Shown piece after piece: positions 29,069 through 38,566 of a stretch of DNA of 64,000 bases. The stretch comes from Bacteroidota bacterium (GTDB lineage Bacteria > Bacteroidota > Bacteroidia > Bacteroidales > CAIXZF01), in the NCBI GenBank assembly GCA_037132075.1, contig JBAXPV010000008.1:49883-113882 (forward strand), written 5' to 3'. The notes below the pieces were generated by a model. The model had not been told where the DNA came from. It ran no database searches and saw nothing but the letters and a program-made list of their open reading frames with translations. The position numbers and the translations under genes were made by a program. How positions within the stretch are numbered: position 1 is the first letter of the stretch; every line of letters starts with the position of its first letter.

Positions 29069-30067
29069 ATGTACCTTTTAACCGGCGCCACAGGCTTTCT
29101 GGGATCCCACATCCTACTGAAACTCCTTCAAAACGGAGAACAGGTAAGGGTGGTGCGTCGGAAATCATCTTCGATGCATAACCTGGAAAAGCTCTTTCAA
29201 AAACATGATCATCACATTCTGCTCGCCAAGGTGGAATGGATCGAATGTGACCTGTTGAATCCTTTGGATGTGAAAGAAGCGATGAACGGCATTACCAAAG
29301 TGATTCATGTTGCCGGGTTTATCTCTTTTGACCCCCGCGACCGACAAAAGCTCTTTGACATCAACATGAGTGGCACAGCCAATGTGGTGAATGCAGCTTT
29401 GCAAGCTGGGGTAGAGAAGTTTCTCTATGTCAGCTCGATAGCAGCTCTCGGAGGTGCCCGTGATGAGCTCATGACAGAGAAAAATCTCTGGAAAAACACG
29501 CCACTCAACTCAAATTACGGAAACAGCAAATATGCAGGAGAGCGTGAAGTCTGGCGTGGCATGGAAGAAGGTCTTGATGTATTGTTGGTAGCACCTTCTG
29601 TTATCCTTGGCTATGGCGACGCCTCGAAAGGAGGGCCAACTATCTGCAGAACCGTTAAAAATGGCATTTCCTATTATCCTGCCGGGACAAATGGCTTTGT
29701 CGGAGCCGAAGATGTTGCCAAGGCAATTATTTTGCTGATGAATAGCGAAAAGGTCAACGAAAAATATATCCTCTCAGCCAAAAACTTTAGCCACCAAGAA
29801 ATCCTGAGTATTATCGCAAAAGAAGTAGGCAGCAAAGCTCCAACAAAAATGGCAAAGCCCTGGATGCTGAGCCTGGCCTGGCGCTGGGAATGGCTAAGCT
29901 GTCGCCTCATGAAACGGAAAGCCCGGATCACACGAGAGCTTGCCAATACCATGCAGGTAAATATGATATATTCCGGGGAAAAGATCCTGGAAATCGAAGG
30001 GTTTTCCTATACACCGCTTCCTGAATGTATACGGGAAATGGCTGGACTGTGTAAGAATGAAGGATGA
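29069..30067 (+). CDS. NAD-dependent epimerase/dehydratase (extended SDR)
   Basis: TGATGFLG Rossmann motif, YVSSIAAL, YGNSK (YxxxK); TATATTTG at 29045 supports start 29069. Confidence 0.92.
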   Translation: MYLLTGATGFLGSHILLKLLQNGEQVRVVRRKSSSMHNLEKLFQKHDHHILLAKVEWIECDLLNPLDVKEAMNGITKVIHVAGFISFDPRDRQKLFDINMSGTANVVNAALQAGVEKFLYVSSIAALGGARDELMTEKNLWKNTPLNSNYGNSKYAGEREVWRGMEEGLDVLLVAPSVILGYGDASKGGPTICRTVKNGISYYPAGTNGFVGAEDVAKAIILLMNSEKVNEKYILSAKNFSHQEILSIIAKEVGSKAPTKMAKPWMLSLAWRWEWLSCRLMKRKARITRELANTMQVNMIYSGEKILEIEGFSYTPLPECIREMAGLCKNEG

Positions 30068-30151
30068 TATATAATGCTGATGACTCTGATTGGCAACAAC
30101 ACTCCATTTGCTATGAAGAGAACCTGGTGAAGGGTATTAATTTAAAGTCGG

Positions 30152-30496
30152 TTAAAATCCTATTTGCGTCCTGTTTTCTTGATCAAATTGTTCTTTTTTA
30201 ACTTGCTCGAACTGTTTGAGATATTCGAAAATCAATAGTATATTATTGTCATGATCAGCCAATTGCATCCTAAGTTGATCTAATTCCTGTTTGATATCTT
30301 TATGAAAAATAAGTATCTTCCGAAGCACGGTAAAGGTTCGCATAATAGCAATATTCACTTCGATGGCTTTTTTACTGTTCAACACACTGGACAACATGGC
30401 AATGCCATTTTCGGTAAAGGCAAACGGAAACGCGCCTCCAAAATAGCTTTTAGAGGGTATCACATTTTGTGATACCATGCTATCGGGACCGTTCAT
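30152..30496 (-). pseudogene. 5'-truncated ORF6N (KilA-N-related) domain gene
   Basis: PFAFTENGIAMLSSVLNSKKAIEVNIAIMRTF and terminal IGF match ORF6N proteins, but the usual N-terminal half is absent. Confidence 0.7.
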
Positions 30497-30518
30497 CCTT
30501 CAAATATCATCCTTCAAA

Positions 30519-32123
30519 TTACCCAATCACTTTTCTTAAGAAAATCACAAAAAGCAAAAGCGCTCCGGCAATCCCCAGCGCCAAGCGCCCCAGGTAATCC
30601 CCGAAGCGCGTGTAAAAGGTGATCTCGTCATTCGCATTCAGCGTCCCTTTGATTACAGCAGATTCCCAATAGTTCGTCTCTTGATGCATCTCACCCCGCT
30701 GGTCAACAAAACAGGAAATGCCGGTATTGGCCGAACGGGCAATACTCCTGCGCGTTTCAATTGCCCTCAGGGAAGCAAAACCCAAATGCTGCTTGTGCCC
30801 CGGCGTATTGCCCCACCAGCCATCATTGGTGATGATAAACATGGCTTTTGCGCCATTTCTTACAAACCCGCTAAAAAACTCTCCATAGACACTCTCATAA
30901 CAAATCGCCGCAGCCGTGGTGATCCGGCTTTTGTCCTGGTCAAAGGCAGTCCGGTGTTCACTGATGCCCAAACTGCCAATAGTTCCTCCAAGGTTCAGGG
31001 CATATTTTTCTAAAAACTTCAGGTATTTCGGGAAGGGCATGCGCTCAACCCCTACCACCAGCTTCGACTTGTGATAGAGCTGGTATCTCCCTTCACTATT
31101 GATGAACATCGCACTATTATATGCATCGTACCAATATCGCATATTCTGCGACCAGCGGGCCGTTTCTGTCTTCTGGTCCGGATTAAGAAAACGGAAATAG
31201 GTCGACGCACCCAGCACCATTGCCGTCCGTGGCCACTTTAGCAGGGAATCGCGTAAGGCATACATCGTCAGTGAACTGCCCGGGGTGTTTTCCCAGATGT
31301 CCTCCTGTATCGCCGACTCAGGCGCGACCAGGAAGTCGGTATGCGCATCCACTTTCTGACGGGCCAGCCTGAAAATACGGGCCAATACTTCCTGCGGAGG
31401 CAAATTGTATTGTTCTTGATAAGGATCTATGTTGGGCTGAACCACCACCACATTAATCGGGGCAAGCTTTTCTTTATAATTAAAATAAAGGACATAGGAG
31501 GTGATGAGCGGAATGAAAAACAAGAGCGCTCCGCAAATGACAGGCATCCATATTTGCCTTGACAATTCTCTCTTTTGGATGTAACGGGAAATCGCGACAT
31601 ATAGTAAAATATTGACGCCAAAAACCCATAAGGCACCCCCGAAGATCCCTGTATATTCATACCATTGTATCCACCGCGGATAGGCTTCAAAAACATGCCC
31701 GATGTTGAGCCACGACCAGGTCAGATCCCAGCGCATATGCAGATATTCAAAACTTATCCATAGGAGCGGTAAAATCAGGTATCTCCCATAAGTAAGGGCT
31801 GCTCTTTTTGTAGTCCAGTGATAGAGTGTAAAAACAAGACTCATGAAGAGACTGTTAAAAAACAGGGCCATGCTTACCCCAAATAAAGAAGAGTTATAGA
31901 TCCACCAGGTAGTAAGCAGGTTCCAGACAAAAAATGCTGGATATGAATAGAACAAAGCATGCCAGGTATGATATTTATCTTTGTTGTTTGCCAGTTCATC
32001 TTCCAGGAAAAACAAGGGAATAAAGGCGAAAAAGATCAGGCCCGGGAAGCCTCCCATGGGCCAGGAAAGCGAAAAGATCAGGCCCGATGCAATGGATAAA
32101 AGCAGCAGTGAAGTTTTCTTCAT
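30519..32123 (-). CDS. lnt: Apolipoprotein N-acyltransferase
   Basis: Multi-TM N-terminus; nitrilase fold VQPNI, APESA (E), HKSKLV (K), ICYES (C), ITNDGWWG, RSANTGIS. Confidence 0.95.
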   Translation of the reverse strand: MKKTSLLLLSIASGLIFSLSWPMGGFPGLIFFAFIPLFFLEDELANNKDKYHTWHALFYSYPAFFVWNLLTTWWIYNSSLFGVSMALFFNSLFMSLVFTLYHWTTKRAALTYGRYLILPLLWISFEYLHMRWDLTWSWLNIGHVFEAYPRWIQWYEYTGIFGGALWVFGVNILLYVAISRYIQKRELSRQIWMPVICGALLFFIPLITSYVLYFNYKEKLAPINVVVVQPNIDPYQEQYNLPPQEVLARIFRLARQKVDAHTDFLVAPESAIQEDIWENTPGSSLTMYALRDSLLKWPRTAMVLGASTYFRFLNPDQKTETARWSQNMRYWYDAYNSAMFINSEGRYQLYHKSKLVVGVERMPFPKYLKFLEKYALNLGGTIGSLGISEHRTAFDQDKSRITTAAAICYESVYGEFFSGFVRNGAKAMFIITNDGWWGNTPGHKQHLGFASLRAIETRRSIARSANTGISCFVDQRGEMHQETNYWESAVIKGTLNANDEITFYTRFGDYLGRLALGIAGALLLFVIFLRKVIG

Positions 32124-32133
32124 GGTTTCATTA

Positions 32134-33321
32134 TTAAGTCAGGAGATATTCCTGGTAAGGATAACGCTTCTCCACAATTTTCTTTACTTCTTCAAATAAA
32201 GTTAATCTTAATTCTTCGATGTTTTCCTTTTCAGTAGCTGAGATGAACATGGTAGGGACATTGATATTGGCCATCCAGCTTTTCTTCAGGTCATCAAGCG
32301 TGAAATTCCATTTCGTTACCGGTGTAAGGTCATCTTCTTCCTTTTCGACAAAAGAATAGGCATCGATTTTATTAAAGATATAAATCATGGGCTTATCCAC
32401 GACGCCAATCTCGAGCAGGGTCTCTTTCACCACCTTGATCTGGTCTTCAAATTCGGGATGTGATATATCCACGATATGCAGGATGATGTCAGCTTCGCGC
32501 ACCTCATCCAGTGTTGATTTAAAAGACTCAATCAGCATATGAGGCAGCTTGCGAATGAAGCCAACAGTATCTGTCAGGAGGAAAGGTAGCGTTCCTATTA
32601 CGACTTTCCGAACCGTGGTGTCGAGCGTGGCAAAGAGTTTGTTTTCGGCGAAGACATCCGATTTGCTAAGTAGATTCATCAGCGTAGATTTTCCCACATT
32701 GGTATAACCCACCAGGGCTACACGCACCATTCCTTTTCGGTTGGCGCGCTGGGTAGCCTTTTGTTTGTCTATGTCTTTAAGTTTTTCCTTTAAGAGTGAT
32801 ATCTTGGTACGGATGATCCGCCTGTCAGTTTCAATCTCGGTTTCTCCTGGTCCTTTCATCCCGATACCCCCTTGTTGTTTCTCGAGGTGGGTCCACATAC
32901 GGGTGAGGCGGGGAAGCAAGTATTCATATTGAGCCAGCTCCACCTGCACACGGGCGTGGGCAGTGCGGGCCCTGCGGGCAAAGATGTCAAGGATGAGGTT
33001 ATTACGATCCAGAATCTTACACTCAAGTGCTTTTTCGATATTACGGATCTGGGAAGGTGTCAGTTCTTCATCAAAAACAACCATATTGACCTTTTCCATC
33101 TTAACGTATTCCAGGATCTCCTGTAGCTTGCCAGAGCCAACGCAGGTCCGGGGATCAGGGTACTCGAGGCGCTGTACAAAACGTTTGACGGTGACTCCGC
33201 CGGCAGTCTCCACGAGGAAGGCAAGCTCATCCAGGTATTCCCGCACTTTATCCTCAGGCTGTTTGGCGGTGATGATGCCTACCAGAACCGCAGTTTCCTC
33301 TTTTGTTGAATTTTCTATCAT
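32134..33321 (-). CDS. hflX: Ribosome-associated GTPase HflX
   Basis: GPGETEIETDRR, GYTNVGKS, LFATLDTT, DTVGFI, NKID; start MIENS at 33321. Confidence 0.97.
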   Translation of the reverse strand: MIENSTKEETAVLVGIITAKQPEDKVREYLDELAFLVETAGGVTVKRFVQRLEYPDPRTCVGSGKLQEILEYVKMEKVNMVVFDEELTPSQIRNIEKALECKILDRNNLILDIFARRARTAHARVQVELAQYEYLLPRLTRMWTHLEKQQGGIGMKGPGETEIETDRRIIRTKISLLKEKLKDIDKQKATQRANRKGMVRVALVGYTNVGKSTLMNLLSKSDVFAENKLFATLDTTVRKVVIGTLPFLLTDTVGFIRKLPHMLIESFKSTLDEVREADIILHIVDISHPEFEDQIKVVKETLLEIGVVDKPMIYIFNKIDAYSFVEKEEDDLTPVTKWNFTLDDLKKSWMANINVPTMFISATEKENIEELRLTLFEEVKKIVEKRYPYQEYLLT

Positions 33322-33508
33322 AAAAAATTTAAGAACGCAAAAATAGGGCTTTTCGGCAAAGGGATGTGTATAAAGCGTGAATTCTCCAGTAATATCCAGG
33401 GATTTCAACCCATTTTCTGTGTAATCTTTGGGGTTTTCTTAGAATCTGCGCGAAACCCCTTTCGGCAGGCAGTCCATAAAGTCAGAATCTCCCCACCCCT
33501 ACCATCGT

Positions 33509-33556
33509 TACACCGATACACCGGTACTCCAATACACCGGTACTCCAATACACCAG
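33509..33556 (+). repeat. Six-unit 8-bp tandem repeat
   Basis: TACACCGA TACACCGG TACTCCAA TACACCGG TACTCCAA TACACCAG. Confidence 0.8.
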
Positions 33557-33573
33557 AACATCAGCATATTATC

Positions 33574-33607
33574 AAAAAAAACCCTGTCAAAATATTCATT
33601 GACAGGG
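33574..33607 (-). terminator. Intrinsic terminator of the cupredoxin T9SS gene
   Basis: A8 then CCCTGTCAA-N8-TTGACAGGG. Confidence 0.75.
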
Positions 33608-33634
33608 CTACATCAAAACAAAAACAAACAATCC

Positions 33635-34717
33635 TTATCGATGGATGAGTTTTTTAGTAACAAGCGTACCTGAGGCATCAACAATCTGTAAGAGGTATTC
33701 GCCACTTTGCAAAGATGCGACAGACAGCGTATACGTATTTTCACCAAGGACAATGGGGAGCTCATGATGCATCACGAGTTTTCCCAACAGATCATAAAGA
33801 ACAATTTCGCCTTGGCCTGAATTGGGCGCATTAAAGTTTAGCTGGCAATTATTTATAACAGGATTGGGGACGATCTCCAGCTGCACTGCATCCTGGCTGA
33901 TCACCGGAATTCCAACGCCTGAACCAGGGCTTGCCGTAAAGCTGCCGGTCATTCCCATGGCGGCATGAGGGGTACAAACATAATTGTAAACACCTTGCTT
34001 CGTAACCTTATAATCATATTTGGCATTTCCGCTTGAGATGATATGATTCCAGGGAGCAGCCAGTACAGGAATCGTGCCGGAGGTCGTGGTATGCGTTCCT
34101 GAACTCCAGACCCACTCGATGGTGTCTCCGACAATAACATCTGAAATATCTGCTGGAGTAAAGGAATAATTCGAGACCATGACTGTATGTTTTACTGCTG
34201 CCTCAGTGCTTTTCACGATGGGTAAAATAACACTCAGATCATTAATCTGCATAGCAGAAGCATCTGCCAGGGAACAGGAAGGATCCGGAATAAAAACCAT
34301 TGTCTTCCCTGCTTTGATATTATTTTTAAGCCTGGCTCTTATCCAAACCATGGCATTCCCGGCTTCAATGTTTATCTTTTCTAAACTGAACCAGGAAATA
34401 CGTAACTCACCCTTTATGGTATTAAATTCAGTAAACCCGTTCTGGCTTGCCACTTCTACACCAACAATGTCAAGGTCGGCCTCTGGATACTGCAAAACAA
34501 GCGAAATAGCGCCAATTTCAATGGATTGACCAAGCCTGACAGGAATAAAAATGTCCTGGCCAGCCCTCGCGTTAATTACTTCCTGCGGGCTGTTGTTTTG
34601 AATAGTAAAACTTCCACTGGATTCATTGGTGATCTTCCCGGCAGCAAAAGCGTTTTGTCCAGTGACAAGCACGCCAATCATCATTAATGACAGGACAATT
34701 TGAGTAGTTTTTTTCAT
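33635..34717 (-). CDS. Secreted protein: cohesin-like domain + type-1 copper cupredoxin + T9SS CTD
   Basis: Signal peptide MKKTTQ...AFA; IPVRL...IGAISLVLQYP cohesin-like strands; GTHTTTS and YVCTPHAAMGM give His/Cys/His/Met ligands; IVPNPV...GEYLLQI CTD. Confidence 0.8.
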   Translation of the reverse strand: MKKTTQIVLSLMMIGVLVTGQNAFAAGKITNESSGSFTIQNNSPQEVINARAGQDIFIPVRLGQSIEIGAISLVLQYPEADLDIVGVEVASQNGFTEFNTIKGELRISWFSLEKINIEAGNAMVWIRARLKNNIKAGKTMVFIPDPSCSLADASAMQINDLSVILPIVKSTEAAVKHTVMVSNYSFTPADISDVIVGDTIEWVWSSGTHTTTSGTIPVLAAPWNHIISSGNAKYDYKVTKQGVYNYVCTPHAAMGMTGSFTASPGSGVGIPVISQDAVQLEIVPNPVINNCQLNFNAPNSGQGEIVLYDLLGKLVMHHELPIVLGENTYTLSVASLQSGEYLLQIVDASGTLVTKKLIHR

Positions 34718-34847
34718 AATATATATATTAATGATTTGCAAGACAGTTGTTTATTAATTTTATTTAGTCTTAATTAATGCAAATATATAACAATGAATAT
34801 GCTTTTGTCAAGGGTTTTTTAAATAAATTTTGTTAATTTTGATTAAG

Positions 34848-34972
34848 CCCTACCCTCCCCGAATCGGGGACGGCTTCGCTCCGACTAATCATTTTAACTG
34901 AATCAATTAAATAGTTCCGCTTAAGCATGCACAGAAGTACCTCTTCCCCACCCCAATTTGAGGAGGGCAGGG
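34848..34972. repeat. REP/MITE-like inverted pair
   Basis: CCCTACCCTCCCCGAATCGGGGACGG and the reverse complement of the right end, CCCTGCCCTCCTCAAATTGGGGTGGGG. Confidence 0.6.
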
Positions 34973-34981
34973 TAGCACCAC

Positions 34982-36139
34982 CTACAAAAACTCTATAGTA
35001 ATATCCAGAATCTCCGGTCTGTTCCCTGAACGAAGCGGGGGGCCCCAGGTACCCACACCATTAGAGACATAGAAGTGTGTGTTCCCTATTTTCTGATAGC
35101 CACTGCTGACCTGGTAAATCGCATGCGTCAGGTAATTCAAAGGCCACATCTGGCCATGATGTGTATGACCTGAAAGCTGAAAGTCAAGCCCCGCCTCCAC
35201 TGCTTTTTCCAGGTTGAACGGCTGGTGATCCATGAGGATCAAGGGCATTGAAGTCGTACTGCCCTGAAGTAGTTCTTTTATCTCTTTTCGCTTTTTGCCG
35301 CTGAAACGACTGATGTCCCTGTCCTCTCTTCCCGCCAGCAAAATATGACCGTCGAGTACAACAGCTGTATCACGAAGGACATAGACACCATGATCATCCA
35401 GGTACTTTACAGCAGCTTCCACGCCTCCAATATACTCATGGTTTCCAGTGATGGCGTAAACGCCCAGCGGCGCTTTCAGGTTTCTCAATTCCTCACCCAG
35501 GTTATCGCGGATCACGGGCCCCAGGTCCTCATCTACCACATCGCCCGCAAGCAGGATCACATCCGGATGCAAGGCATTGATCCGGGCTACAAGTTCTTTC
35601 AGGCGGGTCTTCCCGATGATGGTCCCCAGGTGTATATCCGACATGGCTGCAATACGGAGCTGTTTTCGTCCTCCGGCTGACTTGGCGATCTTCAGATTAA
35701 CTTCTCGGGTGACAGGATGCCTGGCATTATACCAGGAGCCAGCGATAATGATGACTAAAGCCGACAGGACCACAAAAAACACCCGGAGCTTAAACAGTGG
35801 CCATAAAACCACATCATGCCTGGGCAGAAAAGGGACAATCCAGTCGGCCAGCCTCACGAGGTCAATAAAAAGCAGGATAAAAAGCAGGTACAGAAAAGCA
35901 CCCAGCCAGAATGCCCCGATCCAGGTAAGAATATCGCTGAGGTGTCCCATATAAACACGCTCCAAAAAACGAGCGACTACATATGACAATGTCAGAAATA
36001 CAAACAAAGACGTATACCAGGGCTTTATCCCCGGCATCGCCACGAGTGCCTGGGATCCCCTTTGAAAAATGAAGAAACTAAGCAAGCCATAAATAGTCAG
36101 GACTATGCTAAAAAAGATAAGGAAAGCTGATGTTTTCAA
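34982..36139 (-). CDS. Membrane-anchored metallophosphoesterase (YkuE/YaeI-like)
   Basis: Four TM segments; SDIHLG, AGDVVD, TGNHEY, DHQP, SGHTHHGQ. Confidence 0.92.
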   Translation of the reverse strand: MKTSAFLIFFSIVLTIYGLLSFFIFQRGSQALVAMPGIKPWYTSLFVFLTLSYVVARFLERVYMGHLSDILTWIGAFWLGAFLYLLFILLFIDLVRLADWIVPFLPRHDVVLWPLFKLRVFFVVLSALVIIIAGSWYNARHPVTREVNLKIAKSAGGRKQLRIAAMSDIHLGTIIGKTRLKELVARINALHPDVILLAGDVVDEDLGPVIRDNLGEELRNLKAPLGVYAITGNHEYIGGVEAAVKYLDDHGVYVLRDTAVVLDGHILLAGREDRDISRFSGKKRKEIKELLQGSTTSMPLILMDHQPFNLEKAVEAGLDFQLSGHTHHGQMWPLNYLTHAIYQVSSGYQKIGNTHFYVSNGVGTWGPPLRSGNRPEILDITIEFL

Positions 36140-36217
36140 AATTCTGCGTATTTTCGGGCTTGGTACGATGCTTTAACACCATCCTGTAAAAAGAGTTCAA
36201 AAGTAAGTCTTCTTGTC

Positions 36218-36616
36218 ATGAAAAAAATAAACCACATCCAATATCTCTCTTTACTCTGGATTGCCCGAATTCTGGGTATATTTTATGCGATTTTACTATT
36301 CCTGTTTTCCCTCTCTCATATCAAAGACGGGGTCGGGTTTTGGGATAACCTGGCTTCGCTGGGATTGAATCTTCTGCCATTCCTATTTATCATCGGGGTC
36401 CTGGCACTCGCCTGGAAAAGGACGTTGATCACTGGCGTGGGTTTCCTCATCGTGAGCATCGCATACCTTGTCTTCTATCGCGACATCAGCCTGGTGAACA
36501 TGCTGATCGTCCTGGGACCAGGCATGCTCAACGGATTGCTGTTTGTCGTTATTCATTTTATCAAACCTGCCCAGGAAAAAACGCTGTCAAGCACTGGAAG
36601 CCCTTTAAAAAAATGA
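36218..36616 (+). CDS. Hypothetical four-TM membrane protein
   Basis: Four hydrophobic segments; ATGA coupling to the next gene. Confidence 0.7.
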   Translation: MKKINHIQYLSLLWIARILGIFYAILLFLFSLSHIKDGVGFWDNLASLGLNLLPFLFIIGVLALAWKRTLITGVGFLIVSIAYLVFYRDISLVNMLIVLGPGMLNGLLFVVIHFIKPAQEKTLSSTGSPLKK

Positions 36617-38556
36617 AAACCTCTGCAAAAAAAACAAAAAACAAGCCTGTGGCGCAACAGGAAAATTTCATCAGAAAACACCTGCCTTATCTCCTGATCC
36701 TGCTTTTCTCCATTATACTTTATGGGAATACCTTATCTTTCGATTATGCCCTTGACGATCTTTATGCCATAACGGGAAATTCCTTTACTCAAAAAGGCAT
36801 TGCAGGGATCCCCGATCTGTTTAGCCATCATTTTTTCGCAGGCTATCTAAAAGACAAAGAGGTGATGCTGGCCGGTGGCCGCTATCGTCCACTGTCGCTG
36901 GTGAGCTTTGCTTTGGAGCATGAGGCCTTTGGGAAGAATCCGGGGGTAAGTCATTTTTTCAATGTTCTTTTTTATGCCCTTACAGGCATGTTGCTTTTCG
37001 CCCTGATGCGTAAGTTTGCCAAATCACAGCCCTTGGAACGAAGCTGGGCTTCTTCATTGCCCTTTCTCGCGATCCTCTTGTTCCTGGCGCACCCCGTACA
37101 TACAGAGGTGGTTGCCAACATTAAAGGACGCGACGAGATCTTTGCCTTACTGGGATCGCTTGGGGCCCTCTGGTTTGCCATGCGATACCTGGAAAAGCGA
37201 AAATTTTCCGCCCTGGTCTCCGTCTTTCTGTGTTTCTTCCTGGCTCTGCTCTCCAAGGAAAATGCCATCTTGTGGCTGGTATTGCTTCCGCTTACCCTTT
37301 GGTTCTTTAGTGAAGCCCGCTTCGAAGCTTATGTGAAGGTGCTGTTGCCGATGGTATTGGCAACACTAATATTTTTAGTGATCCGGATCCTTGTCCTGAA
37401 AGGATTCAGCAGCACTCCCTCCACCGAACTGCTTGACAATCCTTATCTATATGCGAATACCTCAAAGAAATTCGCCACCATTTTTTATACCCTTTTGTTA
37501 TACCTGAAACTACTTTTTTATCCCCATCCCCTTAGCTGGGATTATTATCCATTCCAAATCACCTTGCACAACTTCGGTGACCGGCCAGTCTGGACTTCGA
37601 TGCTGATTTATGTCGTACTGGTTTTGCTGGCCCTCTGGGGATTCCGGAACAAACGTGTGTATTCATTTTCTATCTTTTTTTACCTGATTGGTATATCGCT
37701 TGCAACCAATGTGTTTTTCGGAATCGGGACTTTTATGGCCGAACGATTCCTTTACCTTTCGTCACTGGGTTTTGTGATTTTAATTGCCTGGCTTGCGACG
37801 ACCCGGCTACCGGTGATCTTTACCAAACCGAAGCTCGGTCAACAAATTGCCAATGGGCTGATTGTAGTCATTTTGTTGCTGTTTACCGTAAAAACCATTG
37901 CCAGGAATTCAGCCTGGAAAGACGATTATACCCTATACACTACAGACGTTGAGACCTCAGCCAACAGTGCGAAAGGAAACAATATGGCAGGACAGTGGTT
38001 TGCCTGGCGCGCCAGCCAACCGGAGTTTGCCGCTGAAAGGTATAAATATCTTCAAGAAGCGCTCAGCCACCTCCAAAAGGCGGTCAGCCTGTATCCTACA
38101 TACCAGGATGCTTTGTTTGCCCTCGGCAATGTATATTATGACTATGACAAAAACATTGACTCCACGATCTGGTGCTATACCCAGATCCTGAAGCTGGATC
38201 CAGAGGAAAATAGTGTCTTCCGCAATGTCACGCTGGTATTGGATAATCTGAAAGACAAGGATGCCGCCATGCGATATTGGGAAAAAATACGCCTCATAAA
38301 TCCTTCTCGTTTTGAGTCCAATTACAAGCTGGCCATTCTTTATTCTGACAAGGATATCAGCAAAGCCATCAGCCTGATGGAGATGGCTGAACGGAAACAG
38401 GCTCACAATCCAGACGTGCTAAAGTTCCTGGGAGATGGCTATTACATGAAACAGAATTATGCCAAAACCTGCTATTACTGGGAAAAGGCAATACAGGATG
38501 GGTCCACTGATCCGAAGATTAGGGAGAATTTGAGGTTGGTGGAGAGAATGCGTTAG
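36613..38556 (+). CDS. TMTC-like GT-C glycosyltransferase with C-terminal TPRs
   Basis: ALDD acidic motif, GRYRPL, HPVHTEVVANIKGRDE, LLSKENA, MAERFLY, about 11 TM segments, TPR tail. Confidence 0.85.
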   Translation: MKTSAKKTKNKPVAQQENFIRKHLPYLLILLFSIILYGNTLSFDYALDDLYAITGNSFTQKGIAGIPDLFSHHFFAGYLKDKEVMLAGGRYRPLSLVSFALEHEAFGKNPGVSHFFNVLFYALTGMLLFALMRKFAKSQPLERSWASSLPFLAILLFLAHPVHTEVVANIKGRDEIFALLGSLGALWFAMRYLEKRKFSALVSVFLCFFLALLSKENAILWLVLLPLTLWFFSEARFEAYVKVLLPMVLATLIFLVIRILVLKGFSSTPSTELLDNPYLYANTSKKFATIFYTLLLYLKLLFYPHPLSWDYYPFQITLHNFGDRPVWTSMLIYVVLVLLALWGFRNKRVYSFSIFFYLIGISLATNVFFGIGTFMAERFLYLSSLGFVILIAWLATTRLPVIFTKPKLGQQIANGLIVVILLLFTVKTIARNSAWKDDYTLYTTDVETSANSAKGNNMAGQWFAWRASQPEFAAERYKYLQEALSHLQKAVSLYPTYQDALFALGNVYYDYDKNIDSTIWCYTQILKLDPEENSVFRNVTLVLDNLKDKDAAMRYWEKIRLINPSRFESNYKLAILYSDKDISKAISLMEMAERKQAHNPDVLKFLGDGYYMKQNYAKTCYYWEKAIQDGSTDPKIRENLRLVERMR

Positions 38557-38566
38557 TAGTTAGTGG

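Noticed and set aside
30519-32123. lnt as an anomaly for Bacteroidota
   Set aside because: Reported absent in Bacteroides but present in other members of the phylum; ordinary housekeeping gene
33509-33556. Possible CRISPR array
   Set aside because: 8-bp units with no unique spacers and no cas genes; a simple tandem repeat
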